64,000 nt of DNA from the NCBI GenBank assembly GCA_000182565.2, contig KQ257466.1; one strand, given 5' to 3'. The DNA comes from Spizellomyces punctatus DAOM BR117. Its lineage: Eukaryota. The notes below the pieces were generated by a model that saw only the letters and a program-made list of their open reading frames with translations, was not told the DNA's origin and made no database searches. Both the position numbers and the translations under genes were made by a program. Shown here piece after piece: positions 36,890 to 52,100 of this stretch (positions within the stretch are counted from its first letter, which is position 1; every line of letters starts with the position of its first letter).

Positions 36890-37080
36890 ACAAATCCATT
36901 GTCGCCCAAACCATAGTTGTCGAGGTGTGAAACTTTGTCGTACCAGGTCTTCTGCAGTTTCTGAGCATGTTGAATGTTTTTTCTTGCCAAGTTCCATGCT
37001 GACTGCAGTCGGTGCTGTACTTCTTGTTTGTAGTCTCGAAGGTCTGATTCCGGAATTCGCTGTCCATCCTCCTCTTCTAG
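36890..37080 (-). mobile_element. Ty3/gypsy integrase C-terminal remnant
   Basis: The minus frame reads ESDLRDYKQEVQHRLQSAWNLARKNIQHAQKLQKTWYDKVSHLDNYGLGD, matching the post-integrase 'L..a...Ar.ni..AQ..qK..YDk.....f..GD' pattern. Flanks are degraded. Confidence 0.6.
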
Positions 37081-37845
37081 GTCGCCATAGGTCTTTGCTA
37101 GAAGGCCAAATACATTTCACTAGGAGGACTTCTTCCTGCTTGCATTCATCGGTGTGGGTGGATATCGACCAATCATTGAGGCACGCCCTCGCACTCTTTA
37201 TGAGGGCACACTCGGGCCAAAGGCGCAAACAGGTCCCATGGCCGTGTCGCGCCGCGTTATGAATGTCGTCATGCTACGTTCCATGCTCGAACGTCAAGTC
37301 CTGTGAGCTCGCGCGCCGAGGTATTCATGTCTACCAATCCAAAGGTGCTCCCACTCAATGGGGTGGACGGCGCCAGTGTTGACCCTGCACATACAGATGT
37401 ACCCGTGGTCTATCTGGTATTCGTGGGCTATCCGCGCATCAGCTCCAACGAAAAGATTGAGATCTGCCTCAATCGGATATGGCAATCCACGCACGCCAGA
37501 TGAGATATGCAATATTCGGAACCATATGCGGAAGTTTCTACTAACGTCCACTAGGTGTAGATACGAACATTTTCTATGGCCACTTCCTTCAAAGTCGATA
37601 CCATACCTCCGAGTCTAGTTTTATAGATCATGGGCCGACATTTGCATCGTTAGCAATGGACCGTTTGTATGTTCCGGTTATTGTTCAAACCTTTGCAGAC
37701 ATGCTTTGCGTTTAAGCTCAGTTCTGTGCAGTGGGCACTGTTGTCTTTTTGATCGGGTTTGGTTACCAGCATGTCTAAGGTTGAAAAATGATATTTTGGG
37801 GTTCTGTTTCCAATGTTACAGTTGTAAAATTTGTACATCCATCGA

Positions 37846-40321
37846 TTAAGATCGACAATAAAATAACATGTATGCCTGACGATCTTTTTGTTCCCGCACT
37901 ACATCGTCCGGTCGACATGGCGATATTTGTGCATCATCAAGGTGCAACCACTCGCCGGACTGTCGCTGCACATCGCACGTGTAATGGCCGCCCGCCGCCA
38001 AACGTCCATGATGGTATACGACCGCAAACAATCGGTATTCTAGGTATTGCGATGCTGCCCTCGCAGCTGGGGACATTATTTCTACAATCGCACATCCCTG
38101 AGCTTAGACTTCCATGACAAGATGCTACTGCTTTTAAGATACTTACCTGAAAGTATCTTGAGTGCCATCGGATACTCAACATGTTTATGCACTTTCTGAG
38201 TACCACTGACATTATCGTACACAAAACGCTTCAAATGTAAGATGAGAATCGGTGGTAAGCTGTCCAGATAGTTCTGCTTAACTGCGTCGCCCTGATGGTT
38301 CATTAAATTCAGTACTCAGGCATTGGACTTATACAGTGCGTTGTGAACGTGCTCTTACTCACCCTGTTGCCCTTCGTCGGGGAGGTGAAGCCTTCCAGAG
38401 TTTCGGCCGCTGTCAAATTGATTAAGGCATCTTCAATGGTTCTAACGTTCGCTGGCTTTCAAATGATAGAAAAATCAGGATGAGCGCAACTACTGGCTTG
38501 CAGCAAAAGCATATGCACACCGTGATGTCCAGCTGAAGAGCCTGAAATGGTTGCAAAGTGATTGAGTCTTTTCTGCCGGGGCATTTTAATACAGATCGCA
38601 TTCGTCCACCGAAAATTCGGGATATTGGAGATTCTACAATTTCGGTCTGAAATGAATATAATTAGAACCAGTTGCGCATTGGAAAAGACTTCACGCGGTA
38701 CCTACACTTCGAGTCACGAGCGTCTTATTATTTCGGCCAACTTCTACCCAGCTGGAATCGCCTTCTGATGCGTGTCCATTGACTTTCACAGGCCCATGGG
38801 CTTTTTGCAGACTTAGAAGCTCCTCATGTAGCCCATCGAGGATGAAACCAAGGAACTCTTCTGCGTCTTCTTGCCGACCCTGATAACCTCGGCCATTAGA
38901 TTAACGATACGGCGTCCTTGGCACTAATATTGCCCACCTTGACAGATTCTATTTTTTTCATAGCTCGAAGGGCGTCATAAACATATTCTGGAGCGAAGGC
39001 ATCCTCATCATCTCCATCTGGTAGGTCCAACTGTCTTCCCGGTTCATCTTCTCGGAACTCGTTCAGAAACATCAGTCTGTGCATGAATATTGAATGTAAG
39101 TTGCAGTGGCAGCAACAGGGAGGGTCACCGGGTACGTACATTGCACTCAAGAGGGACGATTTAGCTTTAAAATTATGCGTCAATTCTTTCGAAAGCTTCT
39201 TGAACGAATTGTAGAACGGAGGACAGTGAACCAATGGCTGTAGGATAGCGTTCATGAAGCACATATTGCCGTTATTAATCAAGCCTCGGGGTCGTATGAG
39301 AGTGCCTTGATATGATACTGTCAAATCTTTCAGAACATCTTAAGGTAGAAGGTCATTTCAATTAGAGATCAACCAGTCATATCCACAATCCGAGGATGGA
39401 TGATTTTCAATGTAATCACCTGCAGGGCTGCGTTTACCCTTGGACCCTTTTGACAGAGTCTCCCGTGGCGGTACTCCATTTGGGGTTGTACCAGAATGCT
39501 TCTTCAAGAGATCGGCCCAACTTTGATGAGCAGCTTTGACAGGTGACACAGGCTGCGTTTCCGTTTCTCTACTCGGTTCCGTTGGTGTCTCAGTCGGTGG
39601 AGCGCCTCTTTCTTGGTCTCGAGTGGTAACTTCTGCAGCTCCAATTTCCATCTCTTTTTGTACGTCCACGTCCGGGTCCATCTGGACACCAGAACCTTCT
39701 ACAGCAGGTGAGATGGGCTCGGTAGTATCGACCTCACTCACTATGTGACCATTTGCAAGATCGGAGCTGTCAGCCTTGGACGAGAGGCGAATGGCTGCCG
39801 AATTATCTGTCACTGATTGTGAATAGGGTATACTTCCGTCCATCTCCTTCACCGATGGACGAGAGGACACAGTATCAATCGCCCCTTCAGCCGTACTGCG
39901 TTTCTCAGAAACTTGGCCACTTTTAGATCTATGGTAAACCTCCTCTCTAACAGACTGAAAAGCAGTTGTGTTGTCAGCCGCACCCGAGTTGACGATAGAA
40001 TCCAAGTCCTTTAACGATGCACTAGTCGTGCCAGAACTGGCTGGACCGATTACAACTGGTGAACTGAGTGCAGGATTCATGGCTTGGTCCGGACTCCTGA
40101 TAACAACTATGGACCCGAATACTATACTTGGCCGTTTTAGTGATACGTCCGGAGGAGACCATCGCGGCTAAACAGAAAGAAAGGTCGCAGAATGAGAAAG
40201 AGTGGTGGACTTGAATGGGGAACGCTTAGTCACCTACCTGGTATGGAACTAAAGATGATGCGTCGATCACTTTTGCAATATCGGCCGGACTCAAATCACC
40301 AAATCGGATGGAAGAAAACAT
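37846..40321 (-). CDS. UBP3: Ubiquitin-specific protease Ubp3/USP10, multi-exon
   Basis: Cys box [53 protein letters not shown], His box [18 protein letters not shown], and N-terminal IRFGDLSP and SWADLLK motifs. The start codon is tentative. Confidence 0.9.
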
Positions 40322-40894
40322 ATTCTGAGGAGAAAAGTAGAAGCGGAGACGTATAAGATTGGTGCCGACTAAGGTTCTTCTGTACTGCTTCACTAAGTTG
40401 TCTTGGACTTACCGTAAGGCTCGGCTGTGGCCAGGAGTAAGTGCACAGATTCACCGTCGCCCCGGGCGAGGTGCAAGTCGCATTTTCCACCACCTTTCGG
40501 CGGACTTGTGAATTAACGACACTTATGTTCACTGAATAATCCGGCCAACGGAAATCAAGGCGAATTCATCCACCGCTAAGGACACTTTCTGGCTTTCCAC
40601 CCTCCTGTACCAGAAACGATCGCAAACGGATCACTTCTCCGAGCTGCGATCCACGAGCTCAATAGCTGCTCGTTTATTGAATGGTCCGAGTAACGTCGGC
40701 AGCGGGTATCGATTAAGCTCAATGCCCCCAATGAAAGGTTTGTAAACAGCATGAAAAAGCCCTTCACAGTTGCTTGATGAATTTCGTTGTGGCACAGCCA
40801 CTCAATGAAAGTGACTGCACCGCTGATGGAGCTGAGTCATGAGCGCCAACCGTCGTTCCGCCTTCTTCCCCAACTCTGCTCCAAAGTGCACATC

Positions 40895-42495
<1,601 letters not shown>

Positions 42496-42780
42496 GCGGT
42501 TAAATATGTCCGACGCTTACGCATAATATATCATTAGTTATTGTCTATAACCATAAAGCTATAGTGATCAGACAGAAGTAGTAGTGCACACCTGCTTGTT
42601 TGAATCCTAGCACTGCAGCACATGTTCCACTGATCAAGCAGCGCGACGTATTCCAGGAATCAGGAAACACTCGAGATATTCAGTCATGCGCTGAACTGTG
42701 TCCATCAAATAGAGCCTAGACTCATTTCAATCGTAGTTTGTACAAAAAAAATCACGTATATATACAAGCATCCCCAATCC

Positions 42781-44060
42781 TTATAGGCAATGCACCATAA
42801 GCCCTCCTCCACCAGGTATCAACCTTCCCATTAAAGCAATGATGCCTCTTGACAGAACCCCACTCTTCAAAAACCTCCCCTTCACATCGAAATATGAAAG
42901 CGACTGAATGTCCATGTGAATCTCATAGAGAGTTATCAACTCAAACTTCACAGTACCCCAACACCTCCCACTCCATAAGCAGAAGTCCCGCATTGAAGAG
43001 AGGACATGGCTGTACGTACAGAGCGACGATCAGAACGCAATTAATGTGAGGCTGGCAAAGAGTAAAACGTACCGGGTGCCTTCTTTACTTATGTGGAAAT
43101 CAGGATTGAGACTTTGGGAAAATAAGGAACTTAGGCTTAAACGTCGCAGAATAGGATGCAGACAAAAGCAGGGTACCTTTGCACATGGTCCACTAGTCGC
43201 ATTAATGTTTCGAAATGACCTTCCAGAAATTCGGAGAACACCTATCATGACTCAACTTAGCTCCGCTGAAGAGTACCAATATCTGACATGCAATACCTGA
43301 TTCAGTGCATCTTTGGTGAAGAAAGTAGATGTGATCAGACGAGTCGTTGCAGTAGCCAACAATACACGTAAACTCATTTCAACTCGCATACCATAAAATG
43401 TTTGCTCATTGCCGTCGATTTGCTTTCCAAACCTATCCCGGATGATGTCAGCAATTAAGCCATACACTGTCCAAATATTACTAGGAACTCACATATCATA
43501 TTGTCGTCGGTTGAAAGGATCAGAGAGAGTTGAATAGGCGTTCGATAAACCTGAGTGTTGGAATGAACTCGCAGGTTGAGGCCGTGTCCAAGGGTACAAG
43601 CGACCTGCTGTTTGTTACATACGCTGAACTACAAAGTTTGCAGAGAATTCGATTAAGCCGAGCAAGGCACTCAAGCAACCGGAAGCCGCTTGAAATACGG
43701 AACTGAGTAGTTCCCGGCAGAACTCACAGGCTTCTTTTGCACGAGGGTGCCTAAGTCGATCCGGATGGCATATCTGGTAAGTTCACATATAAAAATCGTG
43801 CGGTGTCGCCGAGAGAGCAAAAACATCAGTGCTCCTGAATTTCTGCACACAGGTCTCTCCTCCGATGGTCTACAACGAGACAGGAAGAGTCAGTGAAGCT
43901 CGCTACATACCTTGCTTCTGGACAGGTATCCTCTTCGAATCTGTTGTGGGGTTGCATTTTTCGACACTCCGATGCGTGCATAGAAGCACTCTTGATGCAG
44001 AATATCGGATATCGTTTGCTCGTCCTCGTTGCTCAATGTCGTTGGCACTGCCTCTGGCAT
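42781..44060 (-). CDS. DnaJ (J-domain) protein, multi-exon
   Basis: FYARIGVSKNATPQQIRRGYLSRSK|ICHPDRL..AKEA|FQ|RLSNAYSTLSDPFNRRQYD contains the HPD motif. The 3' exons are less certain. Confidence 0.85.
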
Positions 44061-44284
44061 GACGGCCCGCAGAACGTAACGGCCAGTTGAACGGCTCGCT
44101 TCCCGCAACTGTCAATCCAGGGAGGCGGGGAAGGGGAAGGTGAGGGGGCATGACAAATGTCGCACAGTGATTTGCACGTACTAGAGTCACCGTGCCACAT
44201 GCCGATGCTTTGCTTATTTCATTCTGTTTTTTCTTTTTGTTCTATAGCGATCTCAATTTCATTTATTGGAAGTTGAACAGTATC

Positions 44285-45541
44285 ATGTCTGGGCATAAGA
44301 AACGTCGTGCAGAAGGTAACAACCGGCTGAAGTTACGCTTGTTCTAACTGTACCTAACATCTGGCATATTTACATTTGTAGCCAAAAGTGGGGTTGGAAA
44401 GAAGACAAAGACAGGCAAGGGTTCTCAACCAGGAGAAGAATACATTGAGGCTGTTGGGGAGACGATTCCAAGTAAGATTATGGGCATTTTCCCTTGTCCA
44501 TATCGTACACTTGACAAAGCAAACAGTGGGCTCAATGTGACTGCAACTAGTAGATCCGGTGTCAGGGGAAGACAGTCAGGAGGAGAGAGAAGGCATAACG
44601 GCCAGTGAAGCAGCATCCGAAAATGAGACCGAAAATATTGTGATTGAAGGTATTGCGGGAGCTGTCCATTGTACATCTTACATATCACATTGAAACTCAT
44701 CGCTTGAAAAGAAAATACCGACTCAAATGATAGCTCCGACGATGATGCTTCAACGGCGGAAAGCTCTGACGATGAGTTCAAGACAAATCGTCCTCTGGTT
44801 CTACTATCCCCGGAGGATAAGGAGGCGCTGATGGAAAGGACGAGAAAGGGAAAAGATACAACTGCTACATCCAAACCTGGCGTGGTCTTCCTTGGCCGAA
44901 TTCCACATGGATTTTATGAGAAAGAGATGAAGGCGTACTTTTCACAATTTGGAGATGTTAAACGCTTACGCCTTTCACGGAATAAGAAGGTACCATTGTC
45001 CTTTTTGCGTCGCTTGTGAAACTCATTTGTTGAAAATGACCTATCTTGTTTAGACTGGGAAATCGAAGCATTACGCATTTATAGAGTTTTCCTCGGAAGA
45101 TACGGCAAAGATTGTCGCTGAGACGATGGATAATTATCTGCTGTTTAACCATCTGCTAAGATGTACGTGTGCGCTGGATATGCAGACATGGTATACTTTA
45201 AGCTAAGGATAAGGTCCACTCCAGGCAAGTTCGTTCCAGAAGATGGTGTACATCCTGAAACATGGAAAGGAGCGGACAAGAAGTTCAAAGTCATACCACG
45301 GGCAAAATTGCAACGCGAAAAGCACAACAAGGTCTGTTTTCACAGATTAAAGCCAGTTCAGCTCTTTAGTAACCATTTCAATTTCAATATACAGTCGCCT
45401 TCGAAGAAAACGCACGACCGGCAAGTGAAATCGTTACTGGAAAAAGAATCAAACAAGCGTGCCCGCCTTCAAGCGCTTGGTATTGATTACGACTTCCCAG
45501 GATACTCGCATAACACTGCGGGTCGTACCACCTCGTCATGA
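44285..45541 (+). CDS. NOP15: Nucleolar RRM protein Nop15/NIFK, multi-exon
   Basis: [68 protein letters not shown] and C-terminal [11 protein letters not shown]. Confidence 0.92.
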
Positions 45542-45697
45542 TCGACTCCGGAACGCACAGGACGCCGAATCTATTTAAATGACAGATACTTGTACATTAT
45601 CTTGTTAACTGCACGTGTCTACATGTAGAAGTAATAATTTGGTTGGAAACCGTACAAAATGCGCGGTAATCCGGACTCTCGTTGATAACTACTCCTT

Positions 45698-48593
45698 CTA
45701 AAGTCCCAAATCCTTACGAATCATATTTGCGCAGATAGGGTGATAAAAGTTTCTGTTTTGTAGGAATGTTTTCTTGGCCAAGGCTCCTCCGTTTTTGCAC
45801 TTGTTCAAAGCCCGGTACAACGGCCGCACAAACTTCATTCTCCCCACCTGACGAAACAACATGCTTAATAGCTAGTTGTAGTTGCCATGCGATGTTACGA
45901 TTCTTACTTCTGTGAGAAACCGGGTGACCTCTGGGAAGACGGTCTCGTACTCTGCATTCAGACACAACCACTGCCACCTGCACACCCCCTTTGATCAGTC
46001 CTGTGCATGAGGGGTAAAAAGTGCCAGCACCACTTACCGGAATCGGATCTCAGCATTAGTGACACTAGATAAGGTGTATGTTTCGTCCATAGCTGCGAGA
46101 AGCTCGTGCGGAAAGGCAGATTTTAGTAGACACTTTTCGAGGAACATGACTTTAAGCAAAGAATGTTAGATACTGAGGAGCAGAATCATGACAAGGACTT
46201 TGACTACGCACCTTTCTGATTGGAGTTGAACTTTTCAAATACCGATTTATCAAATTGAGGCTGTTTGCCCCTGCATGCATCCCATTCGTCAGCGAGATCT
46301 TGGCAAACTTGAGCAAGTTCTTGGTTAAAGTCGTTTTTCACAGGAGGCTAGATAGAAAAGATGTCAGCAGTGGCTGGCCAGAGAGTAGTGATAATCAACA
46401 CCGACCATGCCGGGCTCAAATAACCACGCGTTCCAATCAACTGTGTCCAAAAGAGCAATCTTTTCATCCCCATACGAGGTGCGATAAAATTCGTACAAGA
46501 ACCGCTTAAAGTCATCAGTCGCAATCGACGTGTGGGCGAACTTCGTGACGTGAGCTATGAGAAATCAATAGGTCCATGAGTCACTTCATGCTATCTACAA
46601 TATGAGCCCGTGCTCTTTACCCTTAAGATAAGGCTCTGCCGCAAGATTACATCGGTATGTGAGTATCAGCAACTGTCGTGGCTGGCTTTAATGAATCCTC
46701 ACCGAATACATCCGGGCCACCCAGCAGTCGTTCAAGGTAGAACAACAGGTTGAAACCCTTTTCTATGTAACTGTTCAGCATCAAATAATGGAATCGCTCA
46801 TTCAAAATACATGGATACCATAAGGAACCGAAGAGAATCTGCATCAATTATGGAAGGTTAACAACATGGATAAGGCTATGGAACACTCGTAACGTATATA
46901 CTCACGCCTAGTGGACACCATTTTGCCACGAAACAGAGTTGATTCGGACGAGCTGAGTAAAAGGAAACAGTTCTGGATTCCACTCAACGCCTACCTCGTC
47001 GGGATCTTCATCCCGTAAACAGGGACACAAGCGCGAGAACTCCGGGCGCTTGATCTCCTCAAAATGCTCAACCGACTCCGAGAGAGCTTTCAACCCGATA
47101 ATGGCATCGAACTCGAGAACAGGTTGCCCATGGAGGCGACCGGCGATCTTCCGTTCTATAAATACCGTAAATCCCTCATTTAACCAGAAGTGCTCCCAGT
47201 TTTGGGTCGTAACCAAGTTGCCCATCCAACTGTGAGCAATCTCATGAGCAACCACATCAACTAAGCTTCTGTCACCAGCCAGGAGAGTTGGGGTGACGAA
47301 CGTAAGGCAGGGGTTCTCCATACCCCCATATCTGTGAGTACCAAGTCGCAACATATATTATTACTAGATCACATAGCGAACGGAAGAAGAAAGATACAGA
47401 CGGGAAACTCGGAGGCAGTACAAGTAAGTCGTACAGGCCCCATTCATAAGGAGTGAGCTGAAAAGCGCAGGTTAAATTTAACAGCCTGCACTTAAAATAC
47501 TAGTAAAACTCACCAGCTCTTCGCCAGTCTTAATGAAACGCTCAGTGTCGATGAATTCCCACGCGGAAGCCTCGACGTTCTCAGGTTCACTCCACACTGT
47601 TGAGCGGGGTCCTATGGTTCGACCTTCGAGGTTTCCAACTGCTAGAGCGATTAGGTAGGACTTTTAAAAAGAACTTGTTACACCAACTCCCATTGTTTAA
47701 TGAATGTATTGCTGCACCTACCGGAACTCCCACATTCTGGGCAAAGCTATACACTTTCTGATCCCCTACGGTGCGTTCACCGGTTCGTACAGCACTCATC
47801 AATGCACGAAGATGCGAGGGGACGACCACGTCTGCCGACCACTTCAACTTGTTTCCAGGGGTGTCCTGCCAGCCAATTATTAGCATATTTTTTTTGAAAA
47901 CCATGTAAATGCTAGGCCTTGTATGTTGCATAAATATATCTTCTGTGTGGATATAATGGAGATCTCTACCTGACACGGCAGCATGCTGCGGGCATGAATC
48001 GCCTTTAGAGGAACATTTGAGTAAAGCAAACGCAAGATCAAGTTGACACAGTAGCACACACCTGGCATTGAGAAAAGAGGTATGGATATTTCTTTCCCAT
48101 AGTTTGGCTTCACGCACGATCGTCAATATAGTGGGCTGGACGAGATGGTCGCGGGTTTACTACAGTTACCTTGGCTCTAGCCACTGAAGAGCAGTACATT
48201 TTTCTGTGGTAGCATATTCAATGCAGACCTTAACTTCCTCATCGGTCCCGAGTGGCTTCTCGAAGTGGATGGTAAACTTGGACCCGAACTTAGGGTGATG
48301 ATCCGCGACGATGAACTGCCCGGACGTTAGTTGTAATTTTCAAATATACCGCAAGAAAGCTTCTCCAGTGTAAGTACCTTCAAAGGAACTCCATTAACTG
48401 ACACACTCTGAATGTCGAGAAAGTTCGAGTCCAAGATCAACTGAGAGACATTGGGTTGAACTGCCCGTGCCTGGTGCACGACTTGCCCATGTAAAATGCG
48501 ACGATCGAAGTCGGCTGTTAGTGTGAGGTGGGTATGCTTCACCACAATCTCATGTACGTTTGCAAACGAATTGGGATCCGTTGGGCACGTCAT
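45698..48593 (-). CDS. LAP2: Leukotriene A4 hydrolase / M1 aminopeptidase (Lap2), many exons
   Basis: [76 protein letters not shown] and C-terminal [16 protein letters not shown]. Confidence 0.95.
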
Positions 48594-49179
48594 GGCTTAA
48601 TACATGATAGTATGCCCTTGTGCCCGTTCCTTTTGTAGTGGGGACTTGCGATGCTGGTGGCATATAAATCACGTGGGCGCGGCAAAAGGGAAATCATGGG
48701 GATTTATCATGACCCCGTCACCGAGCAGCCATGGAGGATAACGACGGCAAATGTCCACGCGACGCTGAAAGATCAATACAACCGAGGCCGCACTCGGTTT
48801 AAGTATTGAGTTGCGCTACAAGATTCTTCGATCCGCCGTACCACGGTATGAAAAGACTCTGAGTGAGAGCGTTTTCTTGCTCAAATGTCAAATGAATAGC
48901 AACATTTTGTGCTACAATCTGTTGAAAACTGACAAACAAAACATGAACTCTAGTTGTCACCTGAAAAACTCAGTGAAGCCAGTTGAGGTCATGCAACTTG
49001 GTGTACGATATTGCATCGAAGCACGCTCCACACCCGAATCTGTTTACACTTTTCCAGAGCATCGCTATTCATGTTGGGGACAATAATTGGTTATGGTCTA
49101 CAAAACTCTATATAAACATGTATAAGATATGCGAAATACAATAAAAATACAGTATATACAAAAAAATATCAGCAGTCGC

Positions 49180-52100
49180 TCATTGCCCATGACGCAACTT
49201 CTTGGAGATGTTTGTTCGGTGCTTGGTTCTCGCAAACTCCTCTGCTTTCCGCTTTCGGTTTGTGCGTTTCATGTTGGATTTTTGAAGTTTTCGCCGGGCT
49301 CGTGCTTCTGGATCCAGAACAGCCTGTACGTTCCTTTGTACTCTCCGTTCTTGCCTGACCGTCTGCACTCGGAAATGCACTTGATTGTAGACTTCCAGGT
49401 AATCTGCAGTACCGACCTGCCTCTGAATCAATTCCATGACCTCGTTTGCTAGTAGGCGCAGCTCGTCTGCGTTTAAAATTATCTGGTGAGAAATCTCCAC
49501 CGAGAGCTAAAGTAATCTAAAATCGCACCTGCATCGCTGCCCTTGGCAGTCTCGTCTTTGGACGTCCGGTATAACGTTGATACCATCGGAACAAGATATA
49601 GTTTCAGATGTACCGATGGAATGTACCTACTCATGGCCGCAAACCATTGAAAGACGCTACGACGCTGATCGAGAGAATCACATTTAGTAAAGTTCGTGAA
49701 TGCAGGAAATCATTCAGAGTATTTGACTAACCAGGATAGGTCCCCGCTTCTTGGAAGCCTCAGCTCTTGCCAGGTACGACAACTTACGGCACAGTGCAAG
49801 TAGCAAATCACCATGTGAGGGTGCGTCATCTGGTCCCGAGCTGGGAATCTGGTCCTCCAATATGGGTTCGCTCTCATGTGATGCGGTATCGTCCAATTCT
49901 TCCAGGGATGGTACCAGCCCTCTCATGGCGAAGTTGCCCTTGTTTAGCTCGTAGAAGCACTTTCCAAGGAAAAATAGGTTTTTTACTACTTGCGTAGCAA
50001 GATCCGTCGTCAACAAGTCAGAATTCAACTGAGCACAGAAAGAATTGCCTAGGTGTTTAAGCGATTCTTGGCTAGCCAGGACGGTATGCGGACTTGCCAC
50101 TCGAGAGTTAATCACCTTACGGGATATAACATCGATTTTACCAAACAAAAGGCCAAAAGAGCGGCTACAGGCAATTCGAACCCATTGGTGAGGATGTAGC
50201 AGTAGCCGGTGGACGTGTTGCCAGATTGGTTCGGTTGCATCCATGGTGTCGGGATATTGTACTAGAACCTTGGAAAAGGTGTTCACGGTATAATACGCAA
50301 TCTGCCAGGTGTGGCCTTCTTCAATTGGCCCCGTCTCTTCTTGTTCGTTGGTTCTACCTTGCTGCTCGGCCACTTCGTGCAGCACTTTCTCCAAATGTGC
50401 CAGTAATGCTGGTGGCCATCTCTTTTGCTTTTCGCCAGAGGCTTCCACCATGAGTCCGGCAACCTGCGCGGCTGTGCGCTGCAGGTGTGGTTGCGTGTCC
50501 TGCTCGAACCATTTTTCCACTAGAAGCTGCAATTTGGATACTCGATTCCCATCCAAACGAGCCGTCAGGGTAGAAAGGAGGGAGCCAGATATCTCCCTGC
50601 ACTTTGCGGAATCGTCGTTGACTAGATTCATCACCAAGGCGACAAAGAGCATTTCCGCGTAATGAAATATCATTTCATCAGCCCCCTTATGGATCAGCAA
50701 GTTTAATATCTCGAGTACTGACTCGCGTCCGCTTTCGTGTTCGTATGCCAGATTTTTAACCAAGTAACCTAGTTGCTTGCGCAAGCTATTTGGACCATGT
50801 GGGTAGTTCAAGAGGAATTGGAGATACGTTTGTCGACAAAGATCGCGAACTTGAGCACTTTGACTTGTCACCATGCACTTCCGCACAATATCCATCAAAT
50901 CATAGATTTCTTTGACAAGAAACTTCCGTCCCAGGATCGCACGGATGAGGGAGAATACCGTCGTCTGCCGATCCGGCACTTGTGTTTCTACATCGGGACG
51001 AATGACATCGAGTAGTGCGGCAATTTGATTTTGATCAATTGGCACATAACTACAGTCCCGTATTATGGTGGTCAATAAGCGGAAGGCGGCCTGGACCAAT
51101 TCGGGATTCGTAGCCAGGCTCCTGCTCACGATTTCAAACAATCGCTTGAGAACGATCGGTATGGTTTCCTTCAGCTTCGGCAAGGGTGCTTTTGCAAGGA
51201 TGGTCAATATTCGCAATGCCTGAATGCTAACTGCACTATGTTTGGAATATAGCGAACGGCCGAGAAGTTCAAGTAATGGGTCTAACATGCTCAGGTGACG
51301 TTCGTTCCGAATGCTGACGCGTTCCGTCCGTAATGCTGTCAATAGGAGGGACAGCCCGAAGTTAACAAACATATGTGCATTTGCTTGAAAATACTTCAAA
51401 GGCTCAACGCAATCAGTCCGCTTCAGTTGAACCAGAAAATTTTGCTCGACGACTGCTCTCTCCCTTTTTGTCTGAGCTGGCATTTGGGATATAGAAAGGC
51501 TCTCGGTCACAAGGTTATGAATGAAGACCATCAAATCGGTCTCGCTCAAGCCCGTGTTGCTGCTCAGACCGACTGCAAGCTTCCTTAAAACCTCTTCGAG
51601 TTTGCGTATCACTGGCGCACTATTAGTTTCCAGCATGAGCTCCTTCAGCGGTAGCAGCAGAGCTCCGATCATATTGAAGCTGACTACTTGAGATATGAGC
51701 TCAAAAGAATCAAAGCTTTTCGTAACTTTAATCTCACGCATCTTTCCTCGAAGTTCCTCCACTTCCCTTTCCGCACCAACGTCACCGAAGATATCAGCCA
51801 TGCAGATTCGGACAAGGTTTCCTACACACGCGTCCAACTGCCCGGCAGCAACAGTGGGAACCATGTTGGAAACTAGAGAATGCACCGTAAAACCGAGGAC
51901 ATGAAGTTGATACCCTCTCGTAAGCGCCCCTTCGAGTTCTTTTAAGATGAAAGGTAAATACTCAGCACCCAAAACTGCAGCAATCTTAACCAATGTGTCC
52001 CGTGTCCGATCGCGAGCATCTTGGCCTCGAGAGCGAAGAAATTGGCAGAGTGTTGTAATCAGCTTAGGCAACTGAACCTGTATACTTTTTTCCGGAAGTT

